In this document: positions 11,193 to 24,237 of the stretch, piece by piece
Layout of the letters: each line of letters starts with the position of its first letter
Numbering within the stretch: position 1 is the stretch's first letter
Assembly (NCBI RefSeq): GCF_016433145.1
Contig: NC_058131.1
Coordinates: 347,099,076-347,163,075 of the forward strand
Source of the DNA: Gracilinanus agilis
Taxonomy: Eukaryota
Direction of reading: 5' to 3'
DNA: 64,000 bases
Position numbers and translations under genes: made by a program
Notes under the pieces: model-generated
The model's database searches: none
Told to the model about the DNA's origin: nothing
Seen by the model: the letters and a program-made list of their open reading frames with translations, nothing else

Positions 11193-14100
11193 GTAAGTTT
11201 TTGGAAGGGATTCAGGGGGGATAAACTTTGTTATTTAAGGCATGGAACCTAAAGATAAGTCAAGAATTTACTGATAGTGTGTCTTTTATTGCTTGGAGTC
11301 TTAGAAAATAAATTTTTTCCTTCTGGAGCTTTTCCTGCCTATTTCAGAACTTGACCCAGTTTGTATTTTGTTGTTAACCAAAATTGAATACCCAGCTTTT
11401 CCACCACTTTGTATTCTTTTCTGATTTTCTAAAAATTATTTTATTGCCCTTGTATTATATATCTTCACACTACCATCTTTATGGAACAGCAAAATGTGCT
11501 TTTAAAAACTTAAAGAGAAAAATTACTTGCCCCAAATCATACATATAAATACTTCTGACAAAGCCAAAAATGATCATCTTCTTGGTTCCTTTTTGTAATC
11601 ACTGCACAAGGTTGTTTTTTTTTTAAATAAATTTTTCCCTTTTTTTCCAAGTTATATATGTACCTAATGCATCTTGTTGTTTACTGTGGGTGTGTATGAA
11701 GAAACCAAAATAATACATTTGCTTTAGTGTCTTTAGACATACATACATTCTTCCAATTAAGAATTAGGTGGCCCGACCTTTTTTTAAGGAGGTTGTAGCA
11801 GATAATTTTTTTGAGGTTCCTTTCACCTCTGATGGAAATCTTATATCATCATCAAACATATGTTTCAGGTAATGTTTGAAATGTGTCATATTAAACATTT
11901 TTTTGTTGTATTCATGATGCATATAGTGCATCTTGCAAAAATGATTTTACTTATTTGATTCTTTTTGGCTCTTTTCCTCCTAAGAGCTCAAAGTTCTTCA
12001 CTATACACTACCTCATGCATCCTTACAACAACTTTGTTAGGTAGGTAGATATAATTTCTATAAAATAGATAAAATGTATTAATTGATTAATGAACTATAT
12101 TATTATCTGGATGTACTACACCAGAAAAGTTGGTGGGTTTGTTTCTTTTTTTAATTATTCTAAAACCTATTACACATAGTCCCTTCTGAATTAGAAAGAT
12201 GAGAGTAACTTTCAGTTAATAATAACTGGCCTTTATTTGCATAATTTCATTTGAGGATACGTGGAGGAAATTGAAATCATAAGACATTTGGAACATGCAG
12301 TTTCTTATTTGTGGTATTTTACTACCTTTACGTTGAATTATATACTTAGAAGCAAACAGGTATTTGAGAGAAGGTTTCAATTTTCCTTGAAAGGTTTTAT
12401 GCAGGGCCTTTGATAATGGCAATTTCTATAACTGCAAAAACATCTAAGAGTATAATTGAAAACTAGGAATAATTCATACCTGGATATCATGTCTCAACTA
12501 GAGAGGAAAAACAAACCTACATCTTAAATGGATATGAAAAAAAAAAGCTTTTTTTTTAAGGGAACAAATGCTTTCATATACTCCCAGTATCACCAAGCGC
12601 TCCTTATTGCTGGGGATTCTTTGTATTTAGGTGTAGAACTTGTTTTCATCTTGATCCTAAACTTAATCAAGCATTAGAGTAGACTGTTGCACTCTTACTT
12701 AACTGAATAAATGGAGTTGGTAGAACTAATATTAAAATGGCTTCATATATTACAGAGAACAGGAAAGGTGGTTTGCATAGAAGACAACTAGACAGTTGAC
12801 CAAATATGATTTAGGGTTGGTTTTAAATGAGAAACCTGGGGGAGGGGAGGAGTGTTATTTCTATAAAGGTTTAAAAAAAGTTTTTCTAAACTACATGTTA
12901 CCAAAGGTTTCTGGTGCAGATAATCATTATGGATGACTAATCACAGAGATCCATTGTTCTGACATTGCTACCCCTACTAATAAAAGCTTGTAAATAAGAA
13001 ACAAAGGAAGCTTGCTTAAATTCTAACTAAAAGACAGCAGGAAGAAGATATTACTGTATTTGCTTTCTAAGGGTACATTTTGTATAAAAGCAACTTGACC
13101 ATTTTCCCAAATCATCTGTGTATATTAGTCTTGTTCAGATAATAATGAACACAAGGCCTTTTGACCAAATAAATACATACTTGTTTCATTTCTCTCTTTG
13201 GGAAGGCATTTGAACAACAAAATGCATATTTGGGATCATCAAGACATTGAATAATTGATTATAAGGCAGCTAAAACCGGCCCTTTTTTTTTTTTATTCAC
13301 CAAAGTTGATGCCAGTGGTATCATTGGGAGTAAAAATATGTACAAGTTTGGGGGTTTAAGTGAATATAATTTAGTTTAGAAATTGTTAAAGAATGGCTCT
13401 TAAATTTAGCAAAAAGCAGTTGGACAAAAATTAAGTGCTTTAATATGTTCCTTACAAATAGAAAGATGAAAACCAACAAAGTCTCTGCCCTCGATGAGTT
13501 TAAATTCAAATAGATGCATCTTATGAAAATGTTATTAAAAGAGAAAAGGCTTTTTTTTAATCTTTAAAATATTTCCATATAAATTTGAGAGCCAAAAACA
13601 TACTAGGACCCCCTTTAGGACAATAACATCCAAAGTAACTAATATAGTTTCTCTAAAAGAATTGAATGATCAATGCATTTATAGTAAATGGAGCCAATTT
13701 GACATAGTATACATATATAGGCATTTGATGTTAAAAGAGTGGGTGTAAAGATGATATCAAAAATGTTATTGTGGATACCTTGGTGTTGATTCATAAAATT
13801 TAAACAAATGATTCTTCTGCTTCCTTAGAATCACTTCAAAAACCAATATGCATTACCCTTAAAATTGAGATTTCCCTCTATAATGGAATTAAGATTATTC
13901 AAGTACAGGTTTTGAAATGATATTACAACATATTATTCAACAAAAACCTGAACCAGTAAGTGACCCACTTCAGAAATTATGCAGAATTAAAACAAGAATT
14001 TTATCATTATCTTGGAATTAGACTTAAGATTTGTCCTGTTATATAGATTTTAATTTTAACCTGTTTGGCTTGATTCTTCTAAAGAAACACTTAAAATATT

Positions 14101-16029
14101 TATGCTTTTATTTAGATAAATTTAATGGCTAATTAGTATAGTGTGTTACTATTTTGGTAGTCATGCAATCTTTTGCCTGACCAGAGCTGCCATGAGAACT
14201 GAAGCCTTTTAAAGCAGCTGTTGAGGTTGTAGAAATCCTCTCTTTGAATTGGTCTTGGGGCCATTGATAAGTATATATAACAAGGTTGTCCATTGCATTT
14301 TCTATTTAATGACTATTATTATGAGCATATGTCTTCATCTAAAAATAAATATTTGTGGGGCATACCTTTATTTTTAATTGACTGCCCTACCCATTGAGTA
14401 AAAATAGTTTTTGATTCTGACTCAAAGTCCTTCAGCAACCTAGATGATACAGTGTCAGGTTTTCCAGGCAACAAAGTTGGAATGTTAGCTGTTGCCATTT
14501 TGAGCATTACTATGATGACGTCTATATAAATAATGAGTGTAGCCTAATTTTCTGACATGTGCTACTANNNNNNNNNNNNNNNNNNNNNNNNNNNNNNNNN
14601 NNNNNNNNNNNNNNNNNNNNNNNNNNNNNNNNNNNNNNNNNNNNNNNNNNNNNNNNNNNNNNNNNNNNNNNNNNNNNNNNNNNNNNNNNNNNNNNNNNNN
14701 NNNNNNNTCAATGCATTCCCAGATGACCTGCTTCCAGGATCTCTGAGGCAGATTGATAATTACTCCTATGCTACTTTTGCATTTAAACTTCATCTGGACT
14801 AAAAATTGTTTACATTTCAAAAAATAACACAAAGACTTAAAATATATCACTAATAGTAAATGCCTGAACTTTCAGCCACTACAAATTGACTTCCTTCTTA
14901 AAGGGGAAAAAAATCATCTTTCTTTTTTGTATGTTTAAAACTTTTTTTTTTATGTTGAAAAAGGAATATCTTCAGAAGCATTTAACTTTTGGGTGGGTTA
15001 GGGAGGAATAAAATGCTTCATTCTGTAAATTGACTGGGTTGTATATATGGGGAGTTTATTAGGAAAGGGCAGTGTATATTATTAGATTGCAGTTTTTAAT
15101 AATATTAAAAGTATTCCTGTGTTATACTGAAAATCTACTTAAACTGGATCCTAATTTTTGATGCATATCAGACTGATTAACTGAATTTAACTATTTCCTA
15201 TCTTGGTCCTAGACGTGAACACACACAAAAAATATATGTAAATTCAGTATTACATCCTGATATGTAACAATTAACAATGTCCAGAAAATTGAGATTAAAA
15301 TTATGATTATGCATTTAGATAGTAGCAGAATATTTCGTACATTGTTTTCTCAAGGGAAAATGAAATCAGCTTAATTATGGGCTTCCCCCCCCCCCATATC
15401 TTAAAAGAATAGACAAAAGTGCTATGGTTGGGTGAAGTTAAATATGTAGGACAATATTTAGTGGGGGGTTTTGTATATCATATATTTAATGATGCTTAAA
15501 CTGCATTCTTAATTCTTCAGTTAATTTTAATGGCCAGTTTTGATACTGTATTTCTTTGTTACACAGTTCAGGCTTACTAATTGTATGTATAAGTTGGTCT
15601 AAATTTGACTAGATAAATTCACTTTTGAATCTATCCTAGAATATAAGTTAATAGTGCCAATTATAAAGACTTGAAACAAAAACTCAATTTCCCTTGCTAC
15701 TTAAAGTATCAGCCAGTAGAGGACCTCATAACCATTTCTTTATTGGCATAGGAAGTTCTTCTCTCAATCATGGGCTACTTTAAGTAGAAGGAGTGAGACT
15801 TCATTTAAAGACAGCTTTGTAATAGCAAGTAGAAGTGTAGGGTTTGGAGAGAATGTTGATTTCCTTTAGGAAAAATATTTTAAAAGGTTTATTCATAAGT
15901 GTCTTGGTACATGACAGTGACTTGTAGCACAGAAATTTTATAAGGTGATAATTAAAGTAAAATAACGCCAAAGAAAGGGAAATAAATACTTTTTAAATTT
16001 GCAAAATAAATGTAATCTTTTCTTTGCAG

Positions 16030-16224
16030 GAGAAAAAAAAGCAAGAGTAGAAGTCGAAGTCATGACCGAAAGAGGAGCAAAAGTAAGGAACGGAAACGAA
16101 GCAGAGACCGGGAGAGGAAAAAGAGCAAAAGCCGTGAACGGAAACGTAGCCGAAGCAAAGAACGAAGACGAAGTCGTTCTAGAAGTAGAGAACGCCGTTT
16201 CAGAGGCCGATATCGAAGTCCCTA
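16030..16224 (+). CDS. RBM39: RBM39 exon 4, RS domain
   Basis: 195 nt, RKKSKSRSRSHDRKRSKSKE...RFRGRYRSP; AG/GT boundaries. Confidence 0.97.
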
Positions 16225-16418
16225 GTATGTAATCTACAAATATTCATTTCATAGTCTGATATTCTTTTACTTGGTACAATTCTTGGAAAAGAGGTTATTA
16301 AAAATAACTTGATGAATGAAAGAATTATCTTTGGATTTAGAAGGTGCTAACATTCTCAAAGACAAATAGAGTTAATGACATTCAAAAGCTAATAAAAGTA
16401 TGAATGAAAATCCAGATA

Positions 16419-16728
16419 GTCAGGTGTGGTATTCATGCCTATAATCCCTGTTTCCAGAAAGGTTAAGTGATGTTGGTAGATCACTTAAGCTTGGGGGAGT
16501 TCTGATTTGCAGTAGACAATTAAGCTAATTGAGCTAAATCAAGTGCCAGTATTATGATCCACCAGGAGTAGGGAAACCCACTAACTACACTGCCTTAAAA
16601 AAGGGACAAATCTGCTTAGGTACAAAATATGGGGCAAAGTTTCTATATTGATCAATAGTGGGACAGGGCAAACAAGAGGTCTTGAGCACCTGTAGCTTAA
16701 GCCAGATAGATTGTCTTATCTTAGACTG
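16419..16728 (+). pseudogene. Decayed 7SL RNA retrocopy
   Basis: Colinear similarity to 7SL, from GTCAGGTGTGGTATTCATGCCTATAATCCC through ATTGATCAATAGTGGGA. Confidence 0.7.
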
Positions 16729-18545
16729 TCTTCCCCATTTTCCCCCTTTAAAAAAATCCCAAAAGCTTAATAAAAGTTAACATTATTTAAACTATAATCA
16801 AGTTTATATAATGTACTAAACTATTGACAGAACACTCAAGAGTGCTATTGAACGGTCTGCTTAGCCAAATTAATGAATATTTGGACTAATGAATCAATTG
16901 TTGGTTCAAACCAAGAAAGGGAAAGTTGCATGAAATATGTGTGTAACAAGGTTATACACAATATTTAAATTTTTTACATCTCCGAGATGACTGTAATATT
17001 CGCTATTACAAATCCTTCACTTTGTAAAAATTCACATTGCTTGATATTATTTCCAAATATCGATTAAGTCACACAAGGGAACATACACAATGGAATTTAC
17101 TTCCACTCCGTTTTTAAAAATCTGTAACAGTTTTAGGGAACTATTTTTCCAGAATCTTTTTGCTAAACATGGCTTTGAATAATGATCTCTGTTTAACTTA
17201 TATGGGTTACCTGATAGTGATGGCAATTAGAATATAATGCCACATTTGATGTTACAATGAGCAAATGAACCAAAACTTTAAAGCCAAAGCATTTGTCTGG
17301 TAACAGAATGGTCAGCATACAAACTGTAAGCTCGTTGTTTAAGTGAATAAGAAATGTTCTAGTTATATTGGAACGTTTAAAAAAAAAATTAAGACAATTT
17401 AAAGTAGGTAAAACCACCAAATGGCTAAAGCTTAAGGAATTTCCATCACAGTAACAATATATGTATAACCCTTAATACAAGACCACAAGTCAGGAAACTA
17501 TAGCATCTAGACCAGGCTCTATAGAGTAAGTAGCATACCACCTTTCTGTGCTTTGGCTTAAGTCTTTTGTAGAATTTAAGGATTGCTGACTGAAAGCCCC
17601 AATTAAAACTTAAAATGATAGGTATAAGTTGTATAGTAATGATTACTTCATGAACCACTCATGAAAGGCAGTATTATTGCTTTGATAACATATACAAGAA
17701 GTTCTGCCTATGTATGTTTTTATTTAACTTCCAGCATTTTTTTATATCTAGTGACTTGTCAAAAATCACAAACTGGTGATAAAGAATGTTATAAATGTAG
17801 CCGTAATGCTACTTATATTTAATTATTATAATAGAGTTATAATATTTATAGGGTTATATAATATATAGTATATATTGTACTATAACCCTATAAATAATAG
17901 ATATTTTGACTTCAAATATATGTTTTATGTTCAAAAGTTTTCTAATTTCTTAATATAAATGAAATCTGTAAAATAGGATTTACTAAGCAAAAGTTTACAT
18001 TACAATAATAGGGCAGGTCTGTTCTGTTATACTGCTAGTTTGCTTCATTTTCCTTTACATTTTAATGATTGAACATCCATGGAAGAATTTTTCCCTCTGA
18101 GATGTAACCATCTGGGTTGAATAACTTATTTTCAGCAAGTAACATGCTATTAAAGTTTCTAGGACAAATAATGGAACTTAATGGGTTTGTTTTTTCCACC
18201 TTTTAAGAAAAACAGATAATTTCCCTCTGACAAATTTAAAGAAAATTTAACATAAAACATACCTGAAACATCTATGAAATAGTTGCTAAGATTTATTTAA
18301 AGGAACTAACTTATAGTTAATTGGCATAGTCTAGATTTTATTTGTACCCTAAAAAAGAACAGTAAGTACTTTTAAGCTATTAGCAGCTTGGAACATACCA
18401 CCTCTATCTTCTCCCAAAATCAAAGTGAAAAAAAAAGATTACTCTTCAATAAATTCAAACTGTTATCCTAAAAATAAAAAGTGCAAGGTACTCTGCAGAA
18501 GTACCCCTACCAGTTATTAGTTTCTTTTAATAAATTTGGGAGTTA

Positions 18546-18727
18546 GGGGCAGCTAGTTGACTCAGTGGGTAGAGAGCCAGACTTGGAGATGGGAGGTCTG
18601 TGGTTCAAATGTGGCTTAAGATACTTTGCTATGTGATCTTGATTGCCCAACTCGTAGGATTCTTCTACCTTGGATTTGATACATAGTATACATTTTAAAA
18701 CAGAAAATAAGTTTTTTTAAAAACAAA
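18546..18727 (+). mobile_element. tRNA/CORE SINE
   Basis: GGGGCAGCTAG start, A-rich tail, TTGGGAGTTAG duplicated on both sides. Confidence 0.75.
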
Positions 18728-19172
18728 ACTTGGGAGTTAGAGGAGCAATAAAGAATATTTTCTTAATTTGGTCATACCACAATTTGTGCCACAGAATACT
18801 AGAAATTATCCTCCAGAGCCAGGGTTAAAAACCTGGATCTTTGAATTAATTGTTTTTAATGAGTATATTTCAAGATAGTTGGTTCATAGGTTTCATGACT
18901 GCCAAAGGCATCTTTGATACCCCCAAAATTAAGAAAGCTGTCCTGGAAGGTTGCAAAAATTATACAACTCTGAATAGAGAGCAATCTTCTTGGGAGGAAA
19001 TTTCTATTTTTTCCCAAACTGTATTTCTACCTCCTGTTTAGATTGGGAAGGTGGAGATGTGTAATTTTGTGATTAAATGTTGTAATGTAATATTAAATCT
19101 ATTAAGTCATGCATGAAAACAAAACAAGGTCATCAGCCTGCAACTGGTATAACTTTGTGTTTTTCTTTATAG

Positions 19173-19238
19173 CTCCGGACCAAAATTTAACAGTGCCATC
19201 CGTGGAAAGATTGGGTTGCCTCATAGCATCAAATTAAG
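19173..19238 (+). CDS. RBM39: RBM39 exon 5: SGPKFNSAIRGKIGLPHSIKL
   Basis: 66 nt; weak donor AAG|GTTTTT. Confidence 0.95.
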
Positions 19239-19335
19239 GTTTTTAAACATACTTATGAATTGTTAAAAAATTGTTTTTCAAGTAACTAGTGTGGTGTTCT
19301 TGTTTGGGTAACTTCTGAAACTTTTAACTTTACAG

Positions 19336-19389
19336 CAGACGCCGCTCAAGAAGCAAAAGTCCATTCAGAAAAGACAAGAGCCCTGTGAG
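19336..19389 (+). CDS. RBM39: RBM39 exon 6: RRRSRSKSPFRKDKSPV
   Basis: 54 nt; CAGCAG tandem acceptor. Confidence 0.95.
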
Positions 19390-21591
19390 GTAGCTGTTGT
19401 CCCTATTTCTTATCTTCTCACAAGCTTTCAGCTTTACTAAAACTTAGCCAATTTATGCTACTGAAAAAAATGAATCATGTTTAAGTAATTTGGTATACAT
19501 AATACCTTGCTGTTTTTGCAAATTTATTCTTATAACCCATATTTACTAAGATCCAAAGTCCTATCAAGTTGTTGACAGCTTTTATTTTTCCTTTTATAAA
19601 TATTATGCAACTAAAAAGGGCCAAAATTATACTGTGCTAATGGTGTATTGAAAACAAAACTTTCCCTTCAAAGTCCCTATTACAATAGCAATGCTATTGG
19701 TATGTGTTAATTCTGTATTGTAAAAATTATTTGTTCAAATTTATTATTGCATCTAGCTTTAAAGAGACACAGGAGATAGAGTCAGACCACTCATATTTGT
19801 TTTCCTAGACCCGATATTTTCCTAAATGATTCTTTGCTGCTGTAAAATAAGAAGTATCAGACTTCATCAGACCAACTGTCCATCCAACCTAGTGTTGTCC
19901 GTCCATGACATCCTCAGAAAGTTAAGGTGTTTTATTCCCTTCTCCCATACCCTCCACCCTGAAAAAAAAATCCACAAAATTTTCTTTGCTTCACTGAAAA
20001 ATCTATTAGACATTTGTCATTTATGAATTTCTCCATGCCCTTATTGGGATTTATATTTACACTATGACTTGTTGCAACAAGTTATAGAAGATTTACCCAT
20101 AAAGTAGTACTTTACTTTGAACTACTGTATAACTTTATTCAAATTTAAATGTATATTGTATAGTTCTGTGATTTGCCAGAAAAGCTTTTACCTTATTATG
20201 CCCTTCATGGTATTATCTACATATTTTAGTTATATTTACATAAGGAAATTCCTCTAATCCCTGTGTCCTGCTAGTTATTTTCTGGATCTTCTCCAGCTCT
20301 GCTAGTTCTTTGTCTTGTTTGAGTTGCAGTTATTAGAATTACATAGAGCTTTTCAAGGGTGAATGCTGGATACAGGGACTGATTTTTGGTAAAAAGGGCA
20401 GGCATTCACGTTTTCTGCTTTGTTTCCAGTATGAATCTTGATGATGCCTGGTATTTTGTTGGCCCTTTTAGTCACAAGAGTACATTTTGATTGTTAACTT
20501 CTGGGAAATACCTATAGTGGCTCTTGAGCCCTTTCATTTGTTAATAGCTCAGAGTCCATTTCAGTCATTCCTCACCTATACTTTGTGTATATCACTTTTC
20601 TTCCCATTTAAGCAGCTTTTATGCTCTAAGCTTATGCTTTCCACTGTGGTTTTTACAACTATCTAAAAAAGAATTTAGTTTAATTTTCAAGTTTAGTATG
20701 AAACCTTTTAATGTTATATTGTCCTTGAAGGAGACTCACTGTTAGCACATAGAAATGCCCATTTATTTCTAAATATTACTTCCTTATGTCGATAATGGTT
20801 AATCCATGACACATTATTTTAATTTCAGAGAGATCCATTAGTTTTGCTTTGGTTCTTTGGTGGTAGAATTAACCAGGTTTTAGAATAGGACATTGACAAA
20901 GTTTCCTAAAAGCCTGAATACACTACAGTACTCTCCTTCCACGTCTTATTTTATTCCAAGAATTTTAGTTATGAAAATTGAGGAGCTTTCCCATTTTCAA
21001 AGGGTGGTTGAAATGTCAATTTAGTGAAGTATAATAGAAGAAAGCTTGAACTTCTAATTATATATGGTAAAACTACTGAATTTTCATTGAACACCCCAAC
21101 CCCCTTTTACATTTGAATTGCTTTGATGAGCTTGCAGATCATATTGATAGTATTTGGGGAAGGTAGGCTGTGATGATTTGCTTAAGTGGGGAGCCATTAT
21201 AATATACTAGGAGTCAAGGCTATGTTCCTTGGATGATGCTGAAAAATTACTTAGGGGAGGTTTTGTTGTTGTGTAACTTGATTTATGTAGCTGATCTCTT
21301 TATGGAGATACTTAGAGATACATAAAACTAAAAAATAATGATTTCAAATTTCCCATTCTGAAATAGACAATGGGGCAATAGTGGAAAGAGCACTGGATTG
21401 GGAATTTGGAGTCCTGGATTTTTGTGGTCCTAGTTTTGCCACTAATTTGGGCAAATTATTTCACCATTTTACCTTTTGTAAATTTAGTGACTGTCAGACT
21501 TATCCTAAAGGTTCTTTCCTATACATTCTAAAAGTTTATTAACCTTGTGATTAGAAATTAAGCGAGTTATTAACTTGGATTCTCCCTTCAG

Positions 21592-21709
21592 GGAACCTAT
21601 CGACAACCTTACTCCAGAAGAGAGAGATGCCAGGACTGTGTTCTGCATGCAGCTGGCAGCAAGAATTAGACCAAGAGATTTGGAGGAGTTTTTTTCTACC
21701 GTAGGAAAG
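21592..21709 (+). CDS. RBM39: RBM39 exon 7, start of RRM1
   Basis: EPIDNLTPEERDARTVFCMQLAAR...STVGK; 118 nt. Confidence 0.97.
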
Positions 21710-22922
21710 GTAATTGTCTTGTTTATTTATGGCAGATAAATTGGTAGTGAGGATGCATAAGAGGAAAAGGTATTGAAAGGGGTGGAGGGGTGAAGGAAGA
21801 AATATTTTGGGTACTTTAGTAATGTGTATATATATTAAAATATTTTTTAAATATTCGTGTCAAACTTGTTTGAAACCATATTTCCCCATCATAATACCTA
21901 TAATGGAAGGAATATATAATTTGAGGTCGGAGTTACAGATCCTAACTGACATTTATTTCTTTTTGATTTTTGGCAAGTAACCTTATTTGCTAATCTTGAG
22001 TTTTCTCATATGTTAATCTAAAAAACATTTGAGAATTAATAGTACTAAACTGACACACAAATGTTCAATAACTGAAAAATGGAAAGAGTTGGAAATGAAC
22101 CTTTTGTTGGAAATTTTTTGAGATTATAAATGTTTTTTTATTTGTGATTGAGAAGATTGAGGTTGTAAAAAAGGGGGGGCATATACTTGATTTTAAGGCA
22201 ACAAAATGTTTTGATTTTTTTTTTTCCATATAAACAATGCTTTAAAACCTAGGTATTCTTACCTTTTGGGGGGGTTTGGTTTGGTTCCTTTCTGATCTTG
22301 TATATGTTATTTTAAAATAATTGTGAGAAGCATTTTATAGGCTTCCTCAGGATGCCAAAGAGATTCAGAGTGCTAAGAAAACCTTACAAGAAAGCCATTA
22401 TAGGATTATTTGTTGAAACCAAATTATCAAAGCACATTGTTCATGATCTCACTGTTAGGACATGAAAAGAGTCCTTTGTAATAAATCAACAAACATTTCT
22501 TAGGCACTGTGCACTCTTTAGTATGGAGCAAATGAGAACTGATTAAGTTTAAGAGATGCAGGAGAGCTTTTACCTTAGGCCTCCCTTGCTACTAAATAGC
22601 CTTTATTTTATTTAATTAGAAAATTTTTCCATGGTTACATGATTCATGTTCTTTCCCTCTCTCTCCTCCCCATCTCCCTCCTGGAGCTGACTGAGCAATT
22701 CCACTGGGTTTTTACATGTATCATTGTTCAAAACCTAAATAGACTTTATTTTTCTTCACTTGGGTAACTACTCTTTTCATCCCAGCTAAAATAAACTCTT
22801 TACAGATGTTTGCAAATTAAATATAGTTTTCTTCTAAGATAGAAAATGGGATGCCTTTTTCTTTCCAAGTATAAGTGTACAGAATTTTTACTAATTACAC
22901 TGTTTATTAAAACCTACTTTTC

Positions 22923-23128
22923 GGGGGGGGGGCGCTGGGTGGCTATGTGGATTGAGAGTCAGGGCCAGAGATGGGAGGTCTTGGGTTTAAATGTGGCCTC
23001 AGCACTTCCTAGCTTTGTGACCCTGGGCAAATTACTTAACCCCCATTGCCTAGTCCTTACCACTCTTCTGCCTTAGAACACAATATTTGATTCTAAAGCA
23101 GATGGTAAGGGTTTAACAAAACAAAACA
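22923..23128 (+). mobile_element. SINE directly upstream of the RBM39 exon 8 acceptor
   Basis: Full body with (AAAAC)n tail; 14-bp TSD AAAAC(C/T)TACTTTTC at 22909-22922 and 23129-23142. Confidence 0.9.
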
Positions 23129-23162
23129 AAAACTTACTTTTCTACCTTTATTTTTGTTTTAG

Positions 23163-23315
23163 GTCCGTGATGTAAGGATGATTTCTGATAGAAATTCCAG
23201 AAGATCCAAAGGAATTGCTTATGTAGAGTTTGTTGATGTTAGCTCAGTGCCTCTAGCAATAGGATTAACTGGCCAGCGTGTCTTAGGAGTGCCTATCATT
23301 GTACAGGCCTCACAG
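23163..23315 (+). CDS. RBM39: RBM39 exon 8, RRM1
   Basis: VRDVRMISDRNSRRSKGIAYVEF...IIVQASQ; 153 nt. Confidence 0.97.
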
Positions 23316-24237
23316 GTAATTTTCTGGTTATAGATTTTTTTAGTAAATTCCCTTTTTATCCTGATATGGCCTGTTTATAGTTTTTCTCTATTACCCATTG
23401 CAGAAACACAATACATAGTAGGTAGGTTTTTAAATTTTTTCATCTCATGTTTGAGGTTGGGAATTTGTAGAAATTTTAACATTATTGTATTTAACCTTTT
23501 GTGTACAATCTATGAAGCTTTAGAAATTCTATTTAGGTGATAAGAATACGGGCATGTTTTATTGCCCATCTTTTATTAAAAAATGTTAGTGTTAGTGGGC
23601 TAAATTGCTAATTTCTATTTTGCCTGAAAATCTATTTTAATACATTGAATTTTCTCCATTTCATAAAGATAGGATTTTTTTATAAGTGACTTTATACCTG
23701 CTATTTGAGATTATTATCCATGGCAAAATAACTTGTCAGTTGAAGGTTTTGGCTTAGAATTGATTTTTTGGATTTTTTTTAGGAAAGTCAGAGAAGGTAA
23801 TAAATATTTATAAAGTAGCTCCTGGCAAAGCATTGTGCTAAGTTATGCTTTACAAATATCTCTTTTCATTTAGCTCTAATTAAAGTGTATATATTTTCAA
23901 ACTTTTCTTCTTAGTAAGTTATAGTTTGGGGTCCCCGAATCAAAAGGACTAGGATCAGTAGTAGAAACTTCATCATCAATGGTCAAATAAGGTTTTATAT
24001 ATACAAAAAGATGATCTAATAATTAACTTTGTCTCCTGTACATGGTGGGTTCTTAGACAAATAAAATTTAGATGAATAGGCATGCATGTTAAGGAAATGC
24101 CACTTAACAATTTTGGAATCATCTCTGGTTTGAAATATAGCGGAAAATGTTCGGTTTTTACATGTTATGGTTTTTGGTGCTTTTTAAAAGCCTCTAATCA
24201 TTGTTTAATGGTCATTTTTTCTTTTTTTTATGTGTAG

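Noticed and set aside
14512-14555. ATGATGA...CTGA box C/D pair before the third N-run
   Set aside because: Only 44 nt, no convincing terminal stem or guide; the adjacent sequence is unreadable.
15999-16232. 77-aa ORF over exon 4
   Set aside because: Alternative frame of the purine-rich RS exon; not an independent gene.
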